Positions 1 to 9,600 of a stretch of DNA of 64,000 nt are shown in pieces. Positions within the stretch are counted from its first letter, which is position 1. Each line of letters starts with the position of its first letter. Where the stretch lies: NCBI GenBank assembly GCA_963845755.1, contig CAWJTV010000049.1:32001-96000 (forward strand), given 5' to 3'. The DNA is from an uncultured Planctomycetota bacterium (GTDB lineage Bacteria > Planctomycetota > Planctomycetia > Isosphaerales > Isosphaeraceae). The notes below the pieces were generated by a model. It had not been told where the DNA came from. It did not search any database and was given only the letters and a program-made list of their open reading frames with translations. A program made the translations under genes and the position numbers.

Positions 1-1
1 C

Positions 2-1165
2 GGATTAATATCTGCGGACGTGCTGGACCGACGGCACCTCGGCCCGCTCAGCCTGCGCAGCCCGGTCTTCCTGGCCACGGCGGCATTCTGGATCTTCATC
101 ACGAGTTCGGCGAGTCTGCTCCGCCTGGTGGGAATCATCGCGGCCCTGATGAGGGTCTACGCGCCGGTCGCGCTCGTGTTGCTCACGGCAACGGCGTTCT
201 GGCTGCTCCCGACGCTGGCCGATTATCGGGTCGAGAACGCGGTCGACATCGCACGCGCATCGGGCCTCGCCGAGGGAGGAGTGCCGACCGATTCGGCGCT
301 CTCGCTGTTCACGGGATTCTTCGCCATGCTGGGCTTGCTGAGCGTGGACTGGGGTGCCGCCTCGTCGCGGCGCCGCGACGTGACGGCCGGGGGACTGGCC
401 ACCATCGTGGTGACTGGGGCGTGGACGGCGACGATGGCCCTCATCGTGGTCGCGGGCGCAGTGGGGCGGGTCCGAGGGGTCGATCCGGTCTGGGCGGAAA
501 CCACCGCCGAGCCGCCGCCACTCTCGTTTCGATGGGGGGTCATTCATGGGATCGGAGGTTACCCGGCGAGTCTCATCCTGATCCTCTTCGGCCTGGCCGC
601 GCTCGCGCCCGCGTGCTATGCCTCATGGGTCTTTTCGTTCCGGTTCGCGGCCCACTGGCCGGGCATCCGTCGCTTGAACTGGACCTGGATCGGGGATGGG
701 ATTGCCCTCTTGCTGATCGCCCTGTGCTGGTCGAGCCGGCTCGACACGATTGACCGCATGATGGGATTGGTCTTCGCGCCGGCCGTGGGTGCGATGACCG
801 GCGATTTCCTGAGCCAACAGAGCCGTTGGGGCGGTGTACGTCGTGGCCTCAACGCCGCCGGAGTTCTCGCCTGGTCGGCCGGACTAACATTTCAAGGGAG
901 CGTCGAGTTCCTGGCGAACCGCAATCCGGAGAGCGTCGCCCGCTTCATCCCGTCGCCGCTCGTCGGATTCGCGACGGCGGCGATTCTCTACGTATTGCTG
1001 GCCCGGATCGGACTGGTACGACTGCCAATTCCTCACGACGGTCTCGAGAACCCCGGCGCCTCGCTTTCGACCGTCTCCGTTGCCGAGATTCCGACATCGA
1101 GTCGCGACTCGATCGCGGCCGGCGGCCCTGAACCGACATCGCCTGGAGCTTGTCGAGATGGATAA
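2..1165 (+). CDS. Polytopic membrane protein, possibly NCS1/cytosine-permease-like transporter (5' truncated by window edge)
   Basis: Frame is open from position 2; many hydrophobic helices; C-terminal 'GLVFAPAVGAMTGDF...GLNAAGVLAW' resembles NCS1 permease C-termini. Confidence 0.5.
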   Translation, partial: GLISADVLDRRHLGPLSLRSPVFLATAAFWIFITSSASLLRLVGIIAALMRVYAPVALVLLTATAFWLLPTLADYRVENAVDIARASGLAEGGVPTDSALSLFTGFFAMLGLLSVDWGAASSRRRDVTAGGLATIVVTGAWTATMALIVVAGAVGRVRGVDPVWAETTAEPPPLSFRWGVIHGIGGYPASLILILFGLAALAPACYASWVFSFRFAAHWPGIRRLNWTWIGDGIALLLIALCWSSRLDTIDRMMGLVFAPAVGAMTGDFLSQQSRWGGVRRGLNAAGVLAWSAGLTFQGSVEFLANRNPESVARFIPSPLVGFATAAILYVLLARIGLVRLPIPHDGLENPGASLSTVSVAEIPTSSRDSIAAGGPEPTSPGACRDG

Positions 1166-1246
1166 CCTACTTCGAGGGCGCCTCGGCCGTTGCCGACGGC
1201 GCCGGGCTCCGCTTCGTCGATCTCGACCGGCCCAGAGTCAGACGCA

Positions 1247-2572
1247 ATGACCGAATCCCGGCCGTCCTCCCGATCCTTCCGCGCGGTCCCTGCCCGGACC
1301 TTCGCCGCGCTGGGGCATCCCGGATTTCGACGCTACTACATGGGGCAGGGGATCAGCCTGGTGGGGACCTGGCTCCAGGCCGCGGCCGTGCGCTGGCTCA
1401 TCTTCGACCAGACCCAGTCCGAATTCATGCTGGGCGTCGTCGAGGTCGCATCGCTGATGCCCGGCCTGCTGGTCGGCCTGGTTGCGGGGGCCCTGGCCGA
1501 CCGGGTCGTGCCGCTGACCATGATCGTGCTGATGGAATGCGGCCAGATGCTGCTGACGTTCCTCCTGACGCTGCTGGTTGGGCTGGGGAGCGTGCAGATC
1601 TGGCACATGGCCCTGATCCTGGCCTTGACGCGAATCTGCGTGACGTTCGAGCTGCCCAGCCGTCAGGTGTTCTTCTACGAGCTGGTGGGAGCGGATGTCC
1701 TGCCCAATGCGATCGCGCTCAACTCGGGATTGTTCAATGCCACGCGCGTCCTCGGCCCGGCGCTGGCGGGCGTCTGCCTGACGTTCCTGGGGGCCACGGG
1801 TTGCTTCGCGTTGAACGGGATCAGCTACCTGGCCGCAATCGTCGCAATTTCATCCATCAGGGTGGAGCGGCGGACGACGTCTCAGCCGCATGCCAACTTC
1901 ACGCTCAAGGAAGTCCTGGGCGGCCTCCATTACTTGCGGACCGACCGGCGGATCCTCGCCTTCTTCCTGCTCGTGACGTTCTTCGGCGTGGTCGGTATGG
2001 GCTACGAGGCGATGGTCCCGGCCTATACGAGGCGCATTATCCGGGCGAACGTCGAGGGTTACAGCATCCTGCTGGCCGCCAGCGGGGTTGGTGCGACCCT
2101 GGGTGCCGTCATCGTCGCTTCGCACGGGGCACATCGGCGGAAAGATCGCTGGGCGATCGGTGGGATGATCGTGTTCGCCGCATTCCTGGCCGGAGCGGCC
2201 CTCTTCCCGCTGGCGATCGAGTCGAAGTCGTGGGCCTTCGCGCGACTCTGGGCTGCCGCGGCCTGCCTGCTCGGCATGGGATTTGGCGCCGTGGTCTTCT
2301 ATGCCTCGTGCTTGACGGTGATCCAGTTAAATGTACCCGACCATCTCCGGGGCCGCATAATGGGCATCTGGATGATCGTGTATTCGGGATCCGTTCCGCT
2401 GGGCGCCCTCTGGACCGGCCGGGCCGCCGTCGCGTGGGGCGTCGCCGCCGTGATGGCGTTCTCGGCCTTCCTCTGCGTGGTTGTAGGACTGGTGGTACTC
2501 GCCTCGGGAGTCTTGAACCCGCGCCATCTTGGCAAGGATTCGATTGACGACGACGGCCCACCAGGCCTGTGA
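1247..2572 (+). CDS. MFS transporter (MFS_3/H+ antiporter-like)
   Basis: 'FAALGHPGFRRYYMGQGISLVGTWLQ', 'GALADRV', 'NAIALNSGLFNATRVLGPALAG', 'PDHLRGRIMGIW'; about 12 TM helices; ATG 1247 chosen over TTG 1190. Confidence 0.9.
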   Translation: MTESRPSSRSFRAVPARTFAALGHPGFRRYYMGQGISLVGTWLQAAAVRWLIFDQTQSEFMLGVVEVASLMPGLLVGLVAGALADRVVPLTMIVLMECGQMLLTFLLTLLVGLGSVQIWHMALILALTRICVTFELPSRQVFFYELVGADVLPNAIALNSGLFNATRVLGPALAGVCLTFLGATGCFALNGISYLAAIVAISSIRVERRTTSQPHANFTLKEVLGGLHYLRTDRRILAFFLLVTFFGVVGMGYEAMVPAYTRRIIRANVEGYSILLAASGVGATLGAVIVASHGAHRRKDRWAIGGMIVFAAFLAGAALFPLAIESKSWAFARLWAAAACLLGMGFGAVVFYASCLTVIQLNVPDHLRGRIMGIWMIVYSGSVPLGALWTGRAAVAWGVAAVMAFSAFLCVVVGLVVLASGVLNPRHLGKDSIDDDGPPGL

Positions 2573-2658
2573 TCTGAGTAGGCCCGGTTCGGTTCGGCTC
2601 GACTTGACATCTTGGATCGAGCATCCGAACTCTGGCACGTGCCGAGAAAAGGCAGGTT

Positions 2659-4177
2659 ATGCGACTTCCACGAGTCCGGTTCACGATTCGATCTCTCATC
2701 CTCGTCGTGGCGCTGGAGGCATTGAACCTCGGCGCGATCATCGCCACTCCACGAGTCAACTTTCGTCGCAGGCCGTGGACCTCCTCACGTGGGTTAATCT
2801 ATGCCGACCAACGCAGGGAGTACGGCGTCTCCTGCACCTATGCAACGCCCAGCGCGGAAACGCACAAGACGATCGGAGCGAGGATCGTCTCGGTGGGGCG
2901 AAACTTCGAACCAACCGTGCTCCAGGTCTGGTCCCGAGCCATCGCCAGCGCGTCGATCACGCTCCTGGTACTGACCGGCTCCGCGTGGGATTGGGGCACG
3001 GTCCGCCGTAGCACGACGACTCACACCGGAGAAGTGGCTCACGGTCGACGGGCCAGATCATGGCTGGTAGCGAGACTGGGGGTGATGGTCATCGCCCTGA
3101 TCACCATTGCGATTATTGGCATGGTCTTCCGGCCGATTGTGAACGACTACCGAGCGGCAATCGTGGGTCTGATCCTCATGGCCGTCTTGTGGGATTGGGT
3201 CCCGGTGATGCCCCGCGTGTGGCCCGTGGTGCGGTGGGTGTTGCTCGTCATCGGCCTGGTCGCCCTGAACCTGGCCGGCGCCGCCTTTCCGCCCGCCTTC
3301 AACGTCTACGAGCGCACTTGGTCCAATAGCTCGCCTCGGCCACCGCGCGGATTTGGTATCAGGTTCGTGGGCGATTTCAGCCCGAATCCTTCGTTGACCG
3401 CCCGGCCGATCGAACCGCCTCCAGGCACGCGTCTGGAGCTCGACTATTGCGATCTCTTCGAGGGCCTTCCTCGCGTGCTCAACCTCAGCGTCGATGGAAC
3501 TCTGGTGCAACGGAGCCCCATGGAAGTGGCCCTCCCCCCGCCGAACCGGCTGCCAGAGGTTATCTTCCAGGATGATCCGATCGGCGAGGCCACGATCGAA
3601 TTCGGAGAGGACGGCCGCGTCGTCGGGTATGTGGGCCGACCGGGGAAGATGATGTCGGCGCCCCGCTTGCTCCGTCCGCCATCGATTTCGTTCCTGGACA
3701 TGCACTTGCCCATCATGTCCAGCGCGAGCTTCACCCTCCTCGCGTTCGTCATCGCTCGTTCAACGGCTGACGACGCGACAATTCCGAACTCTGGTTACTG
3801 TCATGGTCTTGACAGGCACAAATTTCGCCGGTGCAATCGCGTCCCACGGTAAGTTGCATCCGCGTCTCTTGAGTGCAACATGGGGCTATGCCAAGGAAGG
3901 AGAGAAGTATTACTCGGATGGCAGCAGGCACTTTTTCGAGTGGGCGCCAGGGATCTCCTGGCAAGCGACTGAGTTCGACGGACCCATCCCGCTGATGACT
4001 CTCCTGCAAGCCGGATGGCCGGTCATCGCCAGTGCGTCGATCACCCTTCTGGTCCTCGTGTTCTGGCGGCGCCGGTCCCTGACGACCCAGGCCGAGGCAC
4101 CTTCGGGTTTGCTCATTGGCGGGCTCGCCGCGTCGTCGCGTCCGAATCGGGAAGGGCTGCAGGACCCAGGTCGTTGA
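2659..4177 (+). CDS. Planctomycete membrane protein with three internal repeat modules (frameshift near 3755)
   Basis: 'MRLPRVRFTIRSLILVVAL' leader; ORFs 2659-3852 and 3803-4177 join through frame LVQRLTTRQFRTLVTVMVL; repeated ALNL(A)GA...IASASITLLVL motif. Confidence 0.65.
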
Positions 4178-7100
4178 CGTCCCAGACCAGGGCGGTGGCG
4201 TCGTCGCTTCCGGAAACGACCGACTTGTCGTCAGCCGTGAAGGCGACGACATTGACGGCCTCGCGGTGCCCCGCAAACCGGCGCAGCTCCTTGCCTGTCG
4301 AGATCTCCCAGACGCTGACCGTCCCGCCGCGGCTTGCGTCGTCGTTTCGGCTCCCTGAGGCGAGGAGGCGGCCGTCGGCGGAAAACGCGACGCTTTCGAA
4401 GGTGCTCCCGGCTACCCCTTCGAGCGCGGCGACCTCTCGGCCCGATGCCAGATCCCAGATGTGGATCGCCCGGTCGATGCTTCCCTGGTTGTTGCCTGTC
4501 TCTCCACCACATGTGGCCACGAGCCTGCCGTCGGCCGAGAAGGCCGTCTGATGACCGAAGCCGTTGGTCGGGTTGAGCTTCGCTCGGACGGCCCAGCGCA
4601 CGGCTCGACCAGACGCGATATCCCAGATCCGGATTCCTTTGGTTTGGACCGTGATGATCTGCTTCCCATCCGGGGAATACGCGATGGGGCAACTGTCGAG
4701 GATCGGCGGTTCGGGCTTTTGAGCGGGCTGGGGTCCAAACGAGGGATTCACCGGTATAGGGATGCCGAAATTGAGCGCGTTTGTCTCAGGCCCGGGAATC
4801 GGGCCGAGGAGGGTGAGCAGGACGTTACCGGTGGCGACATCCCAGACCCTCCCTTCCGCAACCACGGTCTTGCCGTCCGGGGAATACGCAACGTGGCACC
4901 AATTCCCGGGATCGTGATAAGCCAGACGGCGAATCTCCCGTCGATCGGCCACGTTCCATAACGTGACCCCTCGGTACGTGCCCGCGAGGAGGATCTTGCC
5001 ATCCGGAGAGAAATCCATCGTGCAGGCCGGAAGATCAAGTCGGGCCACGATGCCGAGCTCTCGACCTGAAGACGGATCCCACCGCCGGATCGTGCGGTCA
5101 CTCCCGCCGGTGTAGACGGTCCCGTCGGTCGGGGAGACGGCCAGGCACCAGATCGAAGTTTGGTGCCCGACATGGGGGATTCGCTCGCGCCCGGTGGAGA
5201 CCTCCCATAGCCGGATCACCGGCTCGAGCCCGATCGAGGCGAGCGAGTTTCCGTCAGGAGCAAACGACAGCGCGCGGACAAGATCCGGGTGCGCGGGGAA
5301 GTGACGAAGCTCTTTGCCCGAGGCGAGGTCCCACAAATGGATCAGGCTCTGCGACCTCGTCGGGGGAGGCGATCCGAAGCCACCCACGGCGAGGATCGAT
5401 CCGTCCGAGGAAAACGTCAAGCAATACTTCAGATCCCAGGCATTGGTTGATTGGTCGGGTTGCCCTCCAGGCTGGGGACGTGGCACGTGACCGAGCTTCG
5501 GACCACGTTCCTGTCCCGAGGCCACGTCAAGGATCCGGATCGCCCCATCGTTGGCGCTACTGGCCAGAAGGGTCCCATCTGCCGAAAAGGCGAACGGGGC
5601 GGCCAGGATTCCTGGGAGGTCGATACGCCTCCGTTCTTCCCCGGTCGGGACGTCGAAACGGCGTAGGCTGATACGATCGCGAACCGGCAGAGCGGCGAAG
5701 ACCTCGGCAGGCGGCTGGCGAAAAACTTCCTCCAGGATGACCAGGGCCTTGCCGTCGGCAGAGAGCTTGAAGCACGTGGAGTACGAGAGGTCCACTCGCA
5801 GACGGCGCCGATACTCTGTACGGCTGGTGACGTCCCAGAGCGTGATGAACTCCCACGTGTGGCCGACCTCACTGCGCTTCCCGGTGCACGCCGCCAGCGT
5901 AAGGCCGTCCGGAGAGAAGCTCAGCCCCTGGTACGTTTCTCCCGGCATTGCGTGCCAGCGCCGACGCAAATTCCCGGTGACCACATTCCAGAGGTTCAGC
6001 CGATGATCCGCGTCAAAAGCCGCCAGGGTCGCCCCGTCGGGTGAGAGTGCAATCTCCCCGGGGATCTCCGTGATCTTGTGGAGGAGTCGGCCCGTGATCG
6101 CATCCCAGACGCAGGCGTTCGTCCCGATCGACGTGACCAGGAGTTTGCCGTCGTGCGAGTGAAGGACCTGACCGAACTCCGAAGGGTAATCGAGTCCCGG
6201 TCCCTTTGCCAGGAACTCAAGGGTCCCGAGGCGCGCTAGGGCATGTCCGGGAAGGGGATAAGCCGGTAGATTGGGCGGAGACCTCTCGAGGATTCCCGTC
6301 CCGGCCGGACTGGGATCGGATCGAGACGATCCTGGCACGTCGAGTGCAGTCCCCAGTACGAGCGCGACGCCGCTCGCGAGCAGCGCCATCGTCAACGTGG
6401 TCATCTTCAAGCGAGTCATGAAGAGGTTTCTCAACACGCTCGAGACGAATGAAACGAGGCCAGCCGCTGCTGAGACGTCTTGCGTCGCGATGGTGACCGT
6501 TGCGTTATGCAAGGTCACAGGAACCTCTGCCCGGGCGCCTGGCTCCAGCAGGGCGGCCCCGATCATCCCCGCCGGCGCCAGTCCGCGGCGGATCAATCGC
6601 CTTCGGAGGAGATCCCTGGCCCGCGCCAGCCGGCCGCGGACTGTCCCGACCGGCCAGCGGAGCGCGGCGGCAGCCTGGGCATGCGTCCGCCCTTCCAGAT
6701 AGCAGAGCACCACGGGATCGCGATACTTGGCCGGCAGCCGGTTGATCTCGGCTTGCACCGTGGCGCGGAGATCGTCGAGCTCGACCATTGGGGCGACCCG
6801 ATCCGCCGCGGCATTCCGCGTCGCGATACGACGCTCGCGCGCCAATCGCCGGACCCGGCTGCGCCGCGCCTTCGAGGCGGTATGGTAGGCGACTCCATGA
6901 AGCCAGGGTCCTAACGATTCGGTCCCCCGCACCCGGAGCGTACCGGCGCGGTGGAGCAGGACCAGGAAGGTGGCCTGGAACGCGTCCTCGGCGGCGTGAT
7001 GGTCGCCCAGGACCTGCCGGCAGACGTTCAAGACCATCGAGCCATGCCGCGTCAGGATCGTCGCGAACGCCCCCTCGGCCGACTCCCGATCGCGGTTCGC

Positions 7101-7202
7101 CAGTTGCTGGACGAGCTGACTGTCGGCCAGTCCCGTGGCACTCCCCGTGCCGAAGAGACGGATCAAATGACGGCCGAGATCGCCTTTCACTCCGTTTGCC
7201 AT
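4113..7202 (-). CDS. ECF sigma-70 factor with TM helix and C-terminal WD40 beta-propellers
   Basis: Sigma2 'HGSMVLNVCRQVLGDHHAAEDAFQATFLVL', sigma4 'LPAKYRDPVVLCYLEGRTHAQAAAALRWPVGTVRGRLARAR', then a TM segment and many GH...WD repeats; GGAGG RBS upstream of ATG 7202. Confidence 0.92.
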   Translation of the reverse strand: MANGVKGDLGRHLIRLFGTGSATGLADSQLVQQLANRDRESAEGAFATILTRHGSMVLNVCRQVLGDHHAAEDAFQATFLVLLHRAGTLRVRGTESLGPWLHGVAYHTASKARRSRVRRLARERRIATRNAAADRVAPMVELDDLRATVQAEINRLPAKYRDPVVLCYLEGRTHAQAAAALRWPVGTVRGRLARARDLLRRRLIRRGLAPAGMIGAALLEPGARAEVPVTLHNATVTIATQDVSAAAGLVSFVSSVLRNLFMTRLKMTTLTMALLASGVALVLGTALDVPGSSRSDPSPAGTGILERSPPNLPAYPLPGHALARLGTLEFLAKGPGLDYPSEFGQVLHSHDGKLLVTSIGTNACVWDAITGRLLHKITEIPGEIALSPDGATLAAFDADHRLNLWNVVTGNLRRRWHAMPGETYQGLSFSPDGLTLAACTGKRSEVGHTWEFITLWDVTSRTEYRRRLRVDLSYSTCFKLSADGKALVILEEVFRQPPAEVFAALPVRDRISLRRFDVPTGEERRRIDLPGILAAPFAFSADGTLLASSANDGAIRILDVASGQERGPKLGHVPRPQPGGQPDQSTNAWDLKYCLTFSSDGSILAVGGFGSPPPTRSQSLIHLWDLASGKELRHFPAHPDLVRALSFAPDGNSLASIGLEPVIRLWEVSTGRERIPHVGHQTSIWCLAVSPTDGTVYTGGSDRTIRRWDPSSGRELGIVARLDLPACTMDFSPDGKILLAGTYRGVTLWNVADRREIRRLAYHDPGNWCHVAYSPDGKTVVAEGRVWDVATGNVLLTLLGPIPGPETNALNFGIPIPVNPSFGPQPAQKPEPPILDSCPIAYSPDGKQIITVQTKGIRIWDIASGRAVRWAVRAKLNPTNGFGHQTAFSADGRLVATCGGETGNNQGSIDRAIHIWDLASGREVAALEGVAGSTFESVAFSADGRLLASGSRNDDASRGGTVSVWEISTGKELRRFAGHREAVNVVAFTADDKSVVSGSDDATALVWDVNDLGPAALPDSDATTRRARQ

Positions 7203-7386
7203 CCTCCTCGACCCTCCTGCTCGAGAGTGCCGTGATCCCGGACTCCTCCCTATACTCCCCGCGGGCGAGGATCTCAATACACTTTGTGGTGCGAGATCTG
7301 GCGAAAATCAAGCGATTCTGCGAGGGTGTACCCGAATCGCCAGCCGTGCCCCGACCCGCCTCGTCCACCCCTGAGATGTGATTCTT

Positions 7387-8985
7387 ATGCTGATCGCCTA
7401 CGTCAGCGACGAGCGTTATGTCGCACTGGCCGATGTCCTTCTGGAGTTCGAGGGGGAATCCGGCTCGTTCGAGGCCAGCTCACGAGCCACGGGTTCGGTG
7501 CATGTCGACCTGGCGCCGGGCCGCTACAAGGTCACACTCCAGAAGCCTGGTTTCGGGTCCAAAAGCGTGCACATGGACGTCGTGCCGGGGCAGCCGCCTT
7601 ATCAGTTCCGACTCCTGACGGATGGCCTGCTCGGCTACGCCTGGCCCAAGTGGGTCAAGGTGGGTGCGAAGTCCGAGTTTCGGGTCCACTCCGTCGAGCC
7701 GTATCAGCTCAGCCTCTGGCGGTATGGAATCCAGAAGGAGTTCATCCGCAGCCTCGGATGGTTCGACGAACATGGACCCAGGGCCACGATGCAGATCACG
7801 CCCGACGGCGACTACACTCAGACCGGCGTCTTCTGGAACAAGTTCGGCTACGCCAACCCGCATTTGCACCAGTACGTCGAGGCGCCCTCCCGCTCGGGGT
7901 TGTACTATTTCCGTGCGCGGACGGCCCGGGGAGCCGAATTCAGCTTTCCCTGGATCGTTGCGCCGGAACAGCCGACGTCGCCCGTCGCGGTGCTGGCATC
8001 GAACATCACCTGGAATGCCTACAACAACTTCGGCGGCCGGAGCAACTACATCAATCCGGACCGGTTGCCGACGACTCCCACGGTCAACGCCCGGCTCGAG
8101 CTGAAGCGATACACCGATCCGGACAGCATCACGTACGACACCGAGGACTATGCCCCACTCTCCTTCGACCGCCCCGAACCGATCAATCACATCGATGCGA
8201 ACACCGAGATCACCGACCCGATCGAGGGCCGCGCCGCGTGTCATCTCGCGCCGGCCGAGTGGCGGTTCCTTGGCTGGCTCGAACGCGAGCGCCTGGCCTA
8301 CGACTACTTCGCCGAGACGCAACTCCACGACGGGACGCTCGACCTCGACGCCTACAAGGTCTTGATCCTCTCGACGCATCCCGAATACTGGTCGCGGGAG
8401 ATGTATTTCCGTGTCAGGTCGTGGATCAACGAGCGAGGCGGCCGGCTCATGTACCTGGGAGGTAACGGACTGAACTGCGAGGCGGAGTTCGTCGACTCGA
8501 GCGCCGTGATCTACCGCAACGGCGACGGCCGCGCCCTGAAGCGTGGAGGCTACGAGAGCCGGTTCCACATGCGCGTCGAATCGGAGGCCAACCTGCTGGG
8601 CGTGGTGTTCACCGACACCGGGATCATGACCGGTGCGCCGTATCGCGCGATCGATTCCGCGCACTGGGCTTTCGCCGGCACGAGCCTCGAGAACGGCAAC
8701 CTTTTCGGCCAGTCGAGCTTGCATATGCGGTGTCCCGGCGGCGCATCCGGCCACGAGACCGACAAGGTCTCGCCCAGCTCGCCGACGAACGTCGTGCGAT
8801 TGGCCAAGGGGACCAATATCGACGAAGGCGGCGCCGAACTGGCCTACTACGAGACGCCTTCCGGCGGCGCGGTCTTCTCCGTCGGCTCGATCGCCTGGCC
8901 CAGCGCGATCCTCGTCGACGATAATGTCTCCCGGATGACGGCCAATGTGTTGAGGCAATTCCTGAGCGCTCTGGTCTCTGGCTGA
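7387..8985 (+). CDS. N,N-dimethylformamidase beta-subunit family (DUF6605-like) protein with N-terminal carboxypeptidase-regulatory-like domain
   Basis: 'TWNAYNNFGGRSNY', 'LSFDRP', 'HPEYWSREM', 'LMYLGGN', 'GHETD', 'VFSVGSIAW' motifs. Confidence 0.8.
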   Translation: MLIAYVSDERYVALADVLLEFEGESGSFEASSRATGSVHVDLAPGRYKVTLQKPGFGSKSVHMDVVPGQPPYQFRLLTDGLLGYAWPKWVKVGAKSEFRVHSVEPYQLSLWRYGIQKEFIRSLGWFDEHGPRATMQITPDGDYTQTGVFWNKFGYANPHLHQYVEAPSRSGLYYFRARTARGAEFSFPWIVAPEQPTSPVAVLASNITWNAYNNFGGRSNYINPDRLPTTPTVNARLELKRYTDPDSITYDTEDYAPLSFDRPEPINHIDANTEITDPIEGRAACHLAPAEWRFLGWLERERLAYDYFAETQLHDGTLDLDAYKVLILSTHPEYWSREMYFRVRSWINERGGRLMYLGGNGLNCEAEFVDSSAVIYRNGDGRALKRGGYESRFHMRVESEANLLGVVFTDTGIMTGAPYRAIDSAHWAFAGTSLENGNLFGQSSLHMRCPGGASGHETDKVSPSSPTNVVRLAKGTNIDEGGAELAYYETPSGGAVFSVGSIAWPSAILVDDNVSRMTANVLRQFLSALVSG

Positions 8986-9111
8986 TAGCGTCGCTCTGCG
9001 AATTCCCCGGAAGACTCGGGATGCTGACTTGGGTAGAATTGATCAACATCCTGCCTGACGTCAAGCGGTAGTCGAGAAACCGACCATGCTTCCGAAAAGA
9101 GTCATTCGTCT

Positions 9112-9600
9112 ATGAAACCAGTTCGGCGCCTCAACCTCGATGCGTTCGAAGGAGATAGTAAAGTCGGCTCTGAAACGAATCGCGAGTATTTCCGGCGCGA
9201 TCAACGTGATGGCATCAGCCCTCCGGATTTATCCAAGCAGTGCACGTTCGCCGAGCATATCGTGCATGCACGGGGCAAACGAACCCGATACACAAGTGTC
9301 TCGCTTGATCTGACGAGGATCAAAGACTTCGGGGACACCGACTTTCGTCTGGAACGGCAAATCCTCCTTCAGGATCGGCACGAATTGGTCGAGCATGAGA
9401 TGTTACTCGGCGAACTTCGAAGAGTGATCCGCGAAGGTGAGAAGGCAGAGCGTCAGCGAGCGATCCAGGCGATGAGATACGCAACAAGGCGCAAAGAGGG
9501 TCTGGTGAACTGGTCCTTCGACATCACGCGAGTCGCGCCGAAGAACCTCTTGACCTGGACCAAGGCTCGAATTCAATCCTACTTCAGACGGCTAAAATGA
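9112..9600 (+). CDS. Hypothetical protein with R-S-E ADP-ribosyltransferase-like motifs
   Basis: YFRRD (aa 26-30), EHIVH (48-52), YTSVS (60-64), RKEGLV (127-132); stop overlaps the next start (ATGA). Confidence 0.55.
   Translation: MKPVRRLNLDAFEGDSKVGSETNREYFRRDQRDGISPPDLSKQCTFAEHIVHARGKRTRYTSVSLDLTRIKDFGDTDFRLERQILLQDRHELVEHEMLLGELRRVIREGEKAERQRAIQAMRYATRRKEGLVNWSFDITRVAPKNLLTWTKARIQSYFRRLK

Noticed and set aside
7480..8958. 492-aa minus-strand ORF, and similar long antisense ORFs such as 18286-19467, 31576-32892, 51001-52437, 58008-59528 and 60874-62130
   Set aside because: Each mirrors a well-supported gene on the opposite strand
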